The translations under genes and the position numbers were made by a program. From contig CM052818.1 of the NCBI GenBank assembly GCA_028534125.1, positions 34,970,001-35,034,000 on the forward strand: DNA of 64,000 nucleotides. Direction: 5' to 3'. The notes under the pieces were generated by a model, which was not told the origin of the DNA, searched no databases, and saw only the letters and a list, made by a program, of their open reading frames with translations. Origin of the DNA: Lama glama (taxonomy: Eukaryota). Below are positions 52,051 to 64,000 of this stretch, one piece after another (position 1 is the stretch's first letter; each line of letters opens with the position of its first letter).

Positions 52051-54629
52051 AGATTTCAGTCTTTATTTTTAAGACTTAAGGGAAGATACTTGAAGTCAAA
52101 GCCATTTAATTATATAAACTTTACCACAACTCTTAAGTTATTTCTGTAAGTTGGAAAAATGCCAGAAATTGGTAAAATTCACGGATCAATTGACTGCTTC
52201 AAAACTCTGAATCTCGACATAAATGGCTGGGTCAAGACTGACAGCTCTTGTTCAAAAGCAAAAAATAATTGTAATAAATAACTGGTTATTTAGATGTATA
52301 AACTGTATTGCTAAGTGAACAAGAAATACCAAAAAGGACAAAGATATAAAATTACAACAAATTCATATTTTTTGATGTACTTAATCAAACCTGTTAAATT
52401 TTATTTTCTCCCCAGCTCATTTCTTTCAGAACTATTTCCATAGCTAACATTGACAAGTATTTTATCTTCAGCTCCTGTTTTCCTCACCAATTCTTCTTTT
52501 ACCTCAAATAATATGTCCTCACTGCAGCACTGTATACCTCTTTAGTTCAGAGATACATGCTGTTTAGGAACTTGGCCCAGACAGTTAAGAAACATTAACA
52601 TACTGATTAGCCAAAATAAAGGCAGTTGATATTTCTTTATATGCAGTAGTTACAGAGTCACCTTTCTAAGGAGCACTATGTCTGTCTTAAAGTCTTAAAG
52701 TCTACTTTTTTCTTACTTATTTCTCATAAGATTGAAAAGCAGCATGCTGTAGGGAACCAATAGTGGAAATGGCTGTGGACTAGACAGGGGTCCAAGTACT
52801 TTATGTTCCACATATTTACTTTAAAATAACGCATAGAATCACTGGGTTCTTTTCCCCCCCCTCTCCTTTTGAAAAGATTTTGCTCACATCTTACTGGTAG
52901 TGGACAAACAATGCTTTAAAAAAATAATGGAAAAAAGACAATAATAGAAAAATAAGGAAAATGATGATTTATATGAAGTGTTAAAAGGATAGAAAGAGTA
53001 TATGAGCACAATTTCTGAAGAATCTTTTTTTAATTTCTATGACCTCCCTCTCTATGCTATTCTGTTAATCCAGACTTCTCTCTGTGGTCCCAAGGTGGGC
53101 CTCCTTCTCCAAGAATGCCTGTTTAAAATTTTTTCTTGTGTACCCTTTTATCCTCTCTAGTGGCTTTGTTCCCATTTGTTTTATGCTATGTTTGGGGAGG
53201 AAAATACTTTGAAGAAACTAATTTACTGAAATATGGATGGGTCAGAGGCTACTTTTTAAGTTTAAAAACTACATTTATGTTATTTCTTTTTTAAAAGTAG
53301 ATTGGTTGTTAACCCAAATGAACTTCTCATTGGACAAATTGCAGGTAATATGACCAGGGGAAAACAAGCAAAAGATTTTAATAAAAGAGTCTAAGAATAC
53401 AGAACATTTTCAGTGACTTTAAAACCTACCAAGACTATTTATTAATTTAATGATTTTTAAACTCACTATTTTCTATCATAAGGGTGCTTTTGAAATCAAT
53501 TTTGTTTTGTGTGCTCTGTCAGGTAAGCATGCTACAAATCAGTTCTTGGTTTTAAAGTTACTTGATGCTGATTTTTTTAGTTTGTATGTGGATAATGATT
53601 ACTCTGTGTTTGTGTGTGTAGATATATGTATATCATGTGAGTGGACGATTCTTATAAGATTATTACCTTTTAACATTTAAAATTGACCTGAAATAGGGCA
53701 TTTAAACATCTGTTTGGGAAACTAGATAACTCTGCTTTTATTTCTTTTAGCCTTGAAAGTCTGATCTGTTATTTTAATCCTATTGAAGTTTAGGGGGATA
53801 GAACTTTGAAGGATAAATACAAAGTGTATGATAGTTGAGCCAAGGGTAGGGAAGCTGACTATGGCTTAGTTTTGATGAGGCAGTTCTGTAGGGGGGAGTA
53901 TAGAAAAATGAACAAGAGATTGGGATTAAAGTAGGCGGGGTAATCTATTGCAAGGTGAATAACTCCAGGAGTAAGTAAGTTAGACTTTGTAGTCCCTTAA
54001 AGCTCTTTATCAAAGGCTTCAGCTGGTGATAATAAATGTTGGAGGACACTGGTGAATTTTGAAGATGGATTGTAAAAGTTTATTATGATAAATTTCTTTA
54101 GCCTGGTTGCAAGAGGGAATGCCAGTGAAAACTGGAAAAGGAGACTTTAGGGTTTCTTGAAGAGTCTTAAAGTACTTGAAGGGCTGTCATATGGATTAAT
54201 TAAGAAATAGTGTTAAACTTTTTTCCCCACTTACAAAGATAGTTTATTGCAAGGACATTTTGGTAAATGCAGACAGTACAGAAAATCACCAAGAGAAAAG
54301 AAAAGATACTCCCAGATTTTTCCACCATGATTGGCACTGATATAGCATGAAATCAGGACTAATAAATGGAGTTAGAGGAAGATACTTGGCTTAGCTTAAG
54401 GAAGAATTTATGAATAATTGGAAATGCTTGAGGATGTAGTAAATCTTTACCACATTATGTGCTTGTGCAAAAGACTGGATGACTCCCTATTTATGATCCT
54501 CTAGGAGGAGATACAAGCATCTGTAGGTAAGTGGACTAGATGACCATGTCACCCTGTGAATTTTATCTGATTCTTGTGCGTAGGTGTTTGCACCTGAGAA
54601 ATGGTTACGTAAAATAAGAATAAGGTAAA

Positions 54630-55185
54630 GAATGATTATGTGGCTCAGTAATTCCACTCCTGGGTATATACACAAAAGAATCAAAAGCAAGGACTTGAAT
54701 AGATGCTTTTATACCGATGTTCATAACAGCATTATTCACTATAGGCAAAAGTTGGAAACAACCCAATGTTCATTGACAGATGAATGGATAAACAAAATGT
54801 GGCATATACATTCAATGAAATATTTTTTACCCTTAAAAAAGAAGGAAATTCTGACATATGGTACAAAATGGATAAACTTCAAAGACATTATACTCAGTGA
54901 AATAAACCAGACATGAGGACCAATATTGTATGATTTCATTTATATGAGAGACCTGGAGTATAAGTCAGATTTATAGAGACAGAAAGTAGAAGGGTGGTTG
55001 CCAGCAGCTAGTGTAGGGGGAAATGGCGAATTGTTTAATGGATGTACAGTTTCAGTTTTGCAAGGTGAGAGGAGTCCTGGAGTTGGGTGTGTAACAATGT
55101 GCATGTACTTGAGTGAAAGTTAACTGTACACTTTGAAGTTATTGAGATGATAAATTTTATGTTATCTATATTTTACCACAGTAAA
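54630..55185 (+). mobile_element. L1MB-like ORF2 C-terminus and 3' UTR
   Basis: ORF 54632-54916 has TDEWINKMWHIHSMKY...IILSEINQT (L1 ORF2 C-terminus). Confidence 0.85.
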
Positions 55186-56179
55186 GTAGGATTTCGTTGT
55201 TATTTGAGTAGGATACATTTTTATCTATGATGGAAAACAGCCATCATATTTTATTAGTAGGAAATAATAGAACATTTGCCTAAAGCAGAGGGGATGAGCA
55301 GAGGTACTTCTTTAAATTTTTGTAGAAGGTAGTAAATGTTTATTTTACCCTGTTAAATTTAAAAGCTAGACAGAGATAGAAGGTTGTAGAAGAATACGAG
55401 TGTGAATTTTTAAAAAATTTCTGCTTACAATGTGATGATACAGAATTAGTATAATAACAAGTGAGTAAATTCTTTAAGAATAAGGAGGGCTATGCACAAG
55501 ATAAAGCAAGCTAAAGATTTTTACTGAGAGTTGATAGGCCTTGTATATTTATGAACACTATTGTAGACATCACTTACATTTTTATTTTGTATCTTACGGC
55601 TCCAGAAAGAAACTAAAAATGAAAGAAAACAATAGTGAACGTGTCTAGACTTTCAGTGGAGAAATTTGGCATGATTAATTATGAGAAAAGTTATCACTTA
55701 ATTTTTAGAAGAGATATCTTGTTTTTTTAAAAAGTGTATGAAATCATAAAACATTTAGAATGAACATTTTGCTGCAAGTGCTACTGCATTTATAGTTGAA
55801 CATATTCTCGTAATCCAGGAGGATTGCTCACTGACAAATTAGGAGACATAAGTTCTAAACCTAAGTTTCTGATTTTGTTCAGTTCTTGATAGCAAAATTG
55901 CAAATGTGGCTAAATTTTTTATGTTACTGTGCATTTAAAATTTGTACCAAGTTGCTTCATCTCTCTGGTAGAAGGGAAATGTTAATTAATCATAAATTAA
56001 ATGATACTAGAGTGTGTGTGCATGCTCTAGGAAATAAAGAGATCATATCATTTGGCTGTACTCATTTATTTTTTACATTAAAGTGTAAGAATGTGTACTT
56101 CCACTTCCTTTTTTATATCACCAGCACTTAACCACCATGCTGTTAATGAGAAACCAAGTTAGCTTCTTTCCCACATTGT

Positions 56180-58030
56180 CTTTTTAAAAATCGAAATATA
56201 ACATACATACCATAAATTCCACCCATTTTAACTGTATAATTCAGTGATATTTAGTAAATTTACTGAGTTGTGCAACTTACACTATAATCCCCAGTGACAT
56301 TTCTCATACCTATATACAGTTAATGCTAGTTCCCACTGCCAGCGTCTATTCTACTTTTTGTCTCTATAGTTGGCCATTTCTGGACATTTCATATAAATGG
56401 AATCATATGATATGTAGTCTTTTGAGGTTAATCCATATTGTAGCATTTATAAGCACTTCATACTTTTTCATTAGTCCAATATTATTTTCATAGACTTTTC
56501 TCATATACAATGCATTTTTTAGCTTTTAATTTTATTTTACTTATTAATTTCAAACTTTAAGAAAAGTTGCAAAAGTAGTACAAGTAAATCCTATGTAACT
56601 TTTACCTAGATTCCACAAATGTTAACATTTTATATACTTTCTTCTTTATTCTATCTATCTAGTTTGTGTTTCTGAAATAGCAGAATAAATTGTAGACATG
56701 ATGCCCTATTCATGTTTAAACACGAGTATACTTTCTAAAGGCAAGTATATTCTTTTACACAACCACAATGTAATTATCAAAATCATGATATTAATATAAT
56801 ACTACTATCTAATCAGACTATTTAAATTTGGTAATTCTTCTGATGTCCCAATCCAGGATCACACATTGCATTTACATTTGCATTTAGTTTTCATGTATCT
56901 TTATAGTCTCTTTTAATATGGAAACATTCTTTACAGTTTGTCTTTCATGATCTTGGCATTTTTAAAGAATTTAGGCCAGGTATTTTGTCAACTGTCCCTC
57001 AGTTTGGATATGTCTGATGTTTACACATGATTAGATTCATGTTGTGCATTTTTGGCAGGAATGTTACAGAAGTGGTATGTCATTTTCATTACATCATATC
57101 AAGAAGCATGTGATTTCAGTTCATTCTGTTATTGGTGTTGATTACTTTTGATCCCTTAGTTTGTGTGATGTCTGCCAAGTTTCTCCACTCTAAAGGTATA
57201 ATTTTTTTCCCTTTTGTAATTAATGGACATCTTGTGTGTGGAGGGAGATACTTTAAGATCATGTAAATATCTTGTTTCTCATTATATCTTTGCTCACTAG
57301 TTTTAGCATCTCGTTGTTAGTTATCTGTTGCTGCTTAATAATATTACCACGGATTTAGCAACCTAAAACAATACACATTATCTGTTTCTGCTCTGGGCAT
57401 GGCTTTACTGGGCCCTCTACAAGGCTGCAACCAAGATGTGGACCAGGGCTGGATTCTTATCAGCGGGCTTAACTGGAGAAGGAACCACTTCTAAGCTACA
57501 TGGTTGTTAGTGGGATTCAGATCCTTGGGGTTTATCAAACTGAGGTGCCTCGTTCCTCAGCTTGTTGTTGGCTACAGGCTGTGCTGAGTTCTTTGCCACT
57601 AAGGCCTCCCCAACCTGTATGCTTCCTCTGAGCTAGCAAGGGAGAGTCACCTCCCAAGGATACCACAGACTACTGTAATGTAGTCACTGTCTCACCCCCT
57701 CTGCTGTTTTCTGTTGGTTAGAAGCAAGTCACAGGTCCCACCCACATTCAAGGGGAGGGGATTACCGGGGTGTGGGTACCGGGCAGTGGGTATAATTAGG
57801 GGTCATTTTAGAGTATATCCACCATAGCTTCCATTGATAGTACTTGCCTGCAATGTGGTTGCCACATATGGTGATTTTCTGACTCTTATTCCTTCTTTGT
57901 TAGTTGGAATTCTACTGCAAGGAATTCTCCCCCATTCATAGATTTGTTTATTTATTTATATCAGTATGAACTCACAGATTCTTCTCGTATTCTGTGGGTT
58001 ATTATTTTCTACTATTATCATTTATTTTAT
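56180..58030 (-). mobile_element. old L1M 3' ends with nested MaLR LTR (~57313-57827)
   Basis: L1 3' motifs (ccaatccaggatcacacattgcatt; tttggcaggaatgttacagaagt) interrupted by tgttagttatctgttgctg...gttagaagcaagtcacaggtccacccacattcaagggg. Confidence 0.65.
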
Positions 58031-58839
58031 TGCTTGAGTAGAAAGTAGCAGTTTAATTACTGCACAAACATCATTAAGAGAAGTCTTTAGTGTTGGTATC
58101 TAACAGATTTGAGGTATAATGAATTATTTATCAAATATACTTTAGATTAAAGGTAAATTTTAACATGTAAGATACTCTATCAAAGATCTGCAAAGCCCTT
58201 TCAGTTCCATTTGAAAATACACTCTGATGTAACAGACTTTTCAAATTATCATCAAAATGTCATGATTGCCTTTATATGTGAAAAGCTAGTTTTCCTCCTA
58301 AAATCATTGCCATATAATTTAAATGGTTAAAAGTTTTGTTGATACGATCTTAACATACTCATTCTAAAACTACTAGATCTTCCCAGCTTCTTCATCTTTC
58401 GCTCATCTCTTGTAACACTCTAGGCAGAATCATTAGCCAGTACAAAGGCCAGTACAAAGAAGTCAGACGAATTCTAAGTTATAAATGGAAAGAAGACTAG
58501 AGTAAATCAGAGCAGAGAGAGTGTGGGAGTCAAATCATATTGATAGTTCTAGACTTTATTCTAAGAACATTACGATATTGTGGATGAATTTTAAGGTAGC
58601 ATGACTGTATTTGTTTTTAAAAGGTCAGTCTGGCTTCATAGTGGAGAATTGTTGGGGTGAGTGAGATTACTGTCACTTGAGATAGGTCGGGAACACTGCA
58701 ATACATGAAACTGGATTAGGGGAACAAGTTGTTAAACTAACTACCACGATTACTGAATCTCTTCTCTGTGACATATGCTTTATATACATTATCTGTAATC
58801 TGCACAGTCAAATTACAAAGTAGATGGTATTTCCTCTGT

Positions 58840-58967
58840 GGTTTTTTTTGGGGGGGGTACTTAGGTATATTTACTTATTTATTTACATTTTAATGGAGGT
58901 ACTGGGGATTGAACCAGGATCTTGTTCATTCTAGGCATACACTGTCACTGAGCTATACCCTTCCCCC
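58840..58967 (-). mobile_element. tRNA-derived camelid-type SINE inserted in a MIR
   Basis: aatggaggtactggggattgaaccagg...ctgagctataccc. TSD ttcctctgt at 58831-58839 and 58968-58976; MIR core (ttttacagatgagaaaatt) resumes after it. Confidence 0.88.
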
Positions 58968-59949
58968 TTCCTCTGTTTTACAGATGAGAAAATTAAGAGT
59001 GTTTATAGAGTGACTTACCCATGGCCACACTGAAATTTGAATTCAGATTGGTATGAATACGCGAATCTGCTCTTTTTTTTCTCTTTGCCACACAGTGATA
59101 TCTTCTTTCATGAGTTACTATATCATGTTTCGTCTGAGCAATGCTATTATAGACTTCTGATCTTTCAGCCCTATTGGCTACTTCTAAGGAACTACTTTTA
59201 CTGGCAGTATAACTGAAGTTACTTCTGTTCTTGGGCCTTGGGCATGAAGCATCTTAGTGTATTTCCTTCATGAGATAGATTCAGTGTAAAATTATAGCAC
59301 TACACTTGTTCCTCTCCTTAAGAGAACTGTCCCCTCCCCACAGTGTCTTGAGCATAGTCAAGAAAAATTAGATGCTACATTGCCTCAAGATAGTTACGTG
59401 ATCGTTTTGTTACTTGACGTCACATCAGTATTGATTTCCTCAGTATCGGGATTTTATCACTCATGCATGTGATGCCTGTTCCTTCAAGTTATTCAGTTAT
59501 TTTTTAAAATTATATAATTCTGAAGTTACTTCTCTTGAAAGTATGTTCCTGCCATCGTGAGCAGTGTAGCCTGTTTTCTCTGCCATTGCTTCATTATTCA
59601 TGAAAATAAACTCTGCCAGGATTCTCTGACTTCTTATATTTTCCTGAAATCAAATCTAAATTTTTGTTTTAAACAGTACAGTGGGTTTTTCAAAACTTTG
59701 TTTCCTTCAAAGGAAGAGTACACCAGATTTGCAAGGAAAAGATGATGGTGTCTGTGTCTCTGTTACCACATCTTTTCACCAGATGTGTGCACCATTTACT
59801 TTCATTTTATGAGTTTTATTTTAAGGAGTTTTTTTGGTTTGGTTTGGTTGCATTGGATATTTTGTTTGTTTTTGGTTTGGGTTTTTTTTGTTTGTTTTTG
59901 TTTGTTTTTTAATCTAGGTGCTAAATCGTTCTCTCTCACCTAATTTATA

Positions 59950-60226
59950 TTCATAATTCCAAAATCCGAAGTGCTTGGAAAACTTTTTTCATGCTTTTGT
60001 TACTAAACTTCATTTGTCAGCAGCACTTCTCTTGGACAGACGTGAAACTATATGTAGTCTTTGTATATCCCACTTCGTGTGATCATTCATGTATTTCACT
60101 GTGTTTGGTTATGGGATTGCTGTCTCTAATCTCTCTGGCATATCATGTTGCCTTTCTAAGATCCAAACAGATTTTTGTGTCTGAAACATTTGGCCTTACG
60201 TGTTTTTGTCAGGGATTGTAGATCTG
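59950..60226 (-). mobile_element. MER46C-like TcMar-Tigger element
   Basis: Reverse complement cagatctacaatccc...ggccaaatgtttcaga...ggatcttagaaaggcaacatg resembles MER46C; approximate. Confidence 0.5.
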
Positions 60227-63195
60227 TGTCTATATTGATAGGATTGATTACAGTGTGCTGTGGCAGTTTGTTCCCTTGTCTGTCTCCTATTAGGCGCTGA
60301 ACTAAGAAAGCGTTCCTCTTTGGATCCACAGACTCTCATTTATTGGGTACTTAATAAGCAGTACTAAATAGAGCGTGTACTTAATATTAAAATTGAATAC
60401 CAAAAATTGGGGCAAACCTTTACCAGATAGGTTATTGAACTCTAGACTATAGCGTGTTTCCTTTTCAGTTGGTTATACATTCTTTTTAAGCAGTCTCTTT
60501 CCTGTTCTGTTTGTTTTCTTTCTTCTAACTGGAATCTTGGCTTTACTATTTACTAATAACTACGTGATCTTGAACAGTTTACTTAACACCTCAATACATT
60601 CGTTTGTTCATTTGTAAAAATGGTGTCATAGTTTTGCTTGCCTCAAAGGATTGTTGTGAGGGCTAACCAGAATGCTTCCTGGAATTCAGCACTCCTTTTG
60701 TTGTTAATGTAGCTGCTATTGATTCATATCCTGTTGGTTACCTTACTAACATACTAACATTCTCTTACTGACTTTGAGATCATTTTCAGTGCTTTGATAC
60801 TTTTAACAATACTGGAGTCCTTATGGCCTTATTTTTGTAGGATAGATTGAAGTAGGATTGTTGGATCGGTGGCTCATATTTTAAATTTTAGTGGATATTT
60901 CCATGTTACTTTCCTAGAACAGAATTGAGAAATGGGTAGGGAGAGGGTAGCAGTTTTCAGTCCTACCAGCAGTCTGTGAGAGTACTCGTTTGCCCATAAC
61001 CTTACTAGCAATGGATTTTATCAATTTATTTTTTTTTAATTTTAAAGTAATTTTAAACTCACAGGAAACTATAAAAATAGTCACATGTGTATCTCACCCA
61101 GCTTCTCCAATGGTAACATCTTTTATATAACTGTAGTACAAGATCAAAACCAGGAAGTTGACGTTAGTACGGCACTGCTAACGAAGACTTGAATCCATTT
61201 GATTTCTCCCGGTCTGACCAATGGTATCTCAATTTCGTTTGTTTTTCTTTGACCACTGTTAAGTTTGGGCTTCTTTTCATGTATTCTGTTGGCCATTTAC
61301 ATTGCATGTTCATATTCTTTATCTGTTTTTCCTAATTGCTTGTTTGCGTTTTCCTCAAAGAAGTTCTGTTAGGACTATTCATTTTTTGTCTGCCATTTGT
61401 TTCACATTTACTTATTCCAGCTTTGTATACTTCGTATAGTTTTGTTGATGATATTTTCTTTTTCTTGTACAGAAATTTTTGTCTAGTCATTAGGGTTTTC
61501 TTTTGTGGTTTTGGGGTTTTTCTCTTATGTAGAAAGATTTCTTATCCTATAGATTATACTGTTTGCCTTTAATATCTTCTACTTTTTACATTTTGGCCTT
61601 TAATCCATTTGGAATATGTTTTTATATATACTGTGAGAATTATTGTTCCCAGTGTACAACATGATATGCCAGCACTACTTATTAAATAAACTATTTTATT
61701 TAGAACTCCTTCAGTTGCTTGTGACTTAAAACCTCAACAAAATTCCACAGGTACGACTGGCTTTAGGCAAGGCTTGATACAGTGGCAGAAGTAATATTGC
61801 TAAAAAATATATTGCTGTTTTCCTCTTTTCTCAGCTCTGCTTTTTTGGGTGTTGATTTTTTTCCCCCTATAATTGTTACTTCACCCTTCCTTTCTCTGTC
61901 CTATGTGTTGTTCGACCACAATTCCAGATATTTCCCTCATGGTCCTATGACTGAAAGTTTATTTCCTCATGCTGCTCAGGGGAAGAGAAAGGCTCTCTTT
62001 CTGAAGCTTCCCTGGAGAGCATGTTTCTTTCCCAGATGCCCAAGTAAACAGCTCCTTAGATTGCTGGCACTGAATGAGCCATGTATCTTCCTGAATCTGT
62101 CACTGTGCAGGTTGGGAGAGGAGTGCACATGGAAATGGTAATTGGCTTTTCCAATCAGGAAATGCTAGTTTAACAGCTTGGATTTACACTTTTGATGACC
62201 ATGGAGTTAAGTCTGTCTCAATTTCATGAGAATGAGAGAGGGATAATGTTTCACAAGAAATTTTAGGTACCATCTCCAGAAGAGGGAACAGATGCCAGGT
62301 CATCAAACCACAGGTGGCAATGTCATGACCCAGTCTTCCTCCTACTACACAGAACTAGTACCTTTTAGATTTATGATTCTCTGTGTCTGTATTTTCTATT
62401 TTGTTTCACCAGCAGGCTATAAGAGTGCACATTTGCCTATTTATTCTGCCCCAGAAACATATTGCTTCAGTAGTAGTGGCTTAGTGTACGTCGTAGGCAA
62501 ATCTCTCATTATTTATTTCCTAGGTATTTCTTGGGCAATTTTTATGTATTTATTTGATGCAAACTTTGGAATTCTGACTAGAATTGCCTTATGTATATTT
62601 TTAACTTGGAAATATCTAAATTAAATAAACATATCTGAAAAAAAATCCTGGAGAAACTCAGCATTTTGTTTTTTAGCAAAAGGTTTTTATTTTCTTTGTT
62701 GTCCTCCATCTTTTCAGTTTTTGACCCTCAGCACTTTTCACAATACCAAAAGACAGTGGACACATGGCCCTGCTCTCCCCTACAGAGAACTCTTATCTTT
62801 AGGTACCCAAGATATCTAACAGCCTCTTGCTGTAGGCTTCTTTGAGTTTTTGAGTAGTACCAGCAGAGAAGTTAGAGGGAGAAGAGCTGGAAATGTGCAA
62901 ATAAGCTGCCCTCGGGTATTGTGAGTTTTTTTTTTTTTTTTGAATTTAAGGATGCCACACATCTCCATTTAGATTACTATAGGCAAATGAAATTGATTAC
63001 AATTGGAAAGGAAATAATACAAGTAAAGATATTTTTTACAGATAATTTATAATATACCTAAAACTCTAGAAAATATGATAAATATATATTAGATTTAGTA
63101 AACATTTTAACCAAGTTTCTACATAGAAGATGACTATTCCAAAGCCTATTTTATACCTTTAAAAAGTGATCTGATAGGTAAATACAAGAGACCAT

Positions 63196-63282
63196 AGTAA
63201 TATATACAAGTATGGAATCAGTACGTTGTATACCTGACATTAATATAATGTTATATGTCAATTCTATCTCAGTTAAAAAAAA
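63196..63282 (+). mobile_element. short L1 3'-end insertion with 17-bp TSD
   Basis: TSD taaatacaagagaccat at 63179-63195 and 63283-63299; body gttgtatacctgacattaatataatgttatatgtcaattctatctc followed by an A tail. Confidence 0.85.
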
Positions 63283-63737
63283 TAAATACAAGAGACCATG
63301 GAAATGTATTCTTTCATGACTCAGATTCAGTCTGGTGCAGCTGTATGCAAGGAGATTACTACTATTTATTTCTGTGTGTGTTTTCATTTTCCTCTGTGTT
63401 TTACTTATGGACATTTAAAGCATGTGCTAAATGAAAAAGATTTTTTTTTGAAAAAAGATCTGATTTTATTGAGGTATATTAACAAAGACAATTGTAAGTG
63501 AAATTAAAGTCTTTACAAAATAAATTTGTAATACTTCTGTGAGGTAAATTTTTCTTGACTTAAATGTTAAGTGCTGAATCAGGATTAAGAAAATTAAAGA
63601 ATTTATTTTTTCTTTCGATTTTTGGGAATGAATTTTATATCTGTTTTCTTCGTGACAGTCTCCTTAGATTGATGGACTTTTTATAGTTTATAACGTGTCT
63701 ATGTCAAATGAGTGTTGACCAGTTAATTTTATCTTAA

Positions 63738-63965
<228 letters not shown>

Positions 63966-64000
63966 TAAAAACAGGAAGTGACTGCATATAAATAATAATT

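Noticed and set aside
54520..54532. TAG|GTAAGT as a recursive splice site (also CAG|GTAAGA ~29781 and CAG|GTAAAA ~37582)
   Set aside because: No upstream pyrimidine tract, or weak donor.

Overview
Mammalian genomic DNA, very probably camelid (alpaca/llama/camel), judged from tRNA-derived vic-1-like SINEs. The window holds the CpG-island promoter and 5' end of ASXL2 on the + strand. Coding exon 1 is 1424-1480 (57 nt), exon 2 is 33509-33591 (83 nt), exon 3 is a 3-nt microexon AAG at 48086-48088, and exon 4 is 63824-63932 (109 nt). Spliced, these give 84 codons: [84 protein letters not shown] (ASXN/HARE-HTH domain). The gene continues past the window. The rest is about 62 kb of AT-rich intron filled with old L1/L2/MIR/MaLR/ERVL/DNA-transposon relics and younger SINE/L1 insertions with TSDs. 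Almost all ORFs in the track are spurious. The most interesting signals concern splicing architecture: the microexon sits in a CAG-AAG-GTAAGA element that could also act as a zero-length recursive site; there is a candidate recursive-splice site with RS-exon at 53522; exons 2-4 form a stop-free, frame-closed potential circle; and there is a candidate in-frame 42-nt cassette after exon 2. Also notable are a strong-context uORF and a tiny L1 insertion with an apparent 3' transduction. Repeat family names come from recall of consensus sequences, and old-repeat boundaries are approximate. I see no support for a new standalone gene system.
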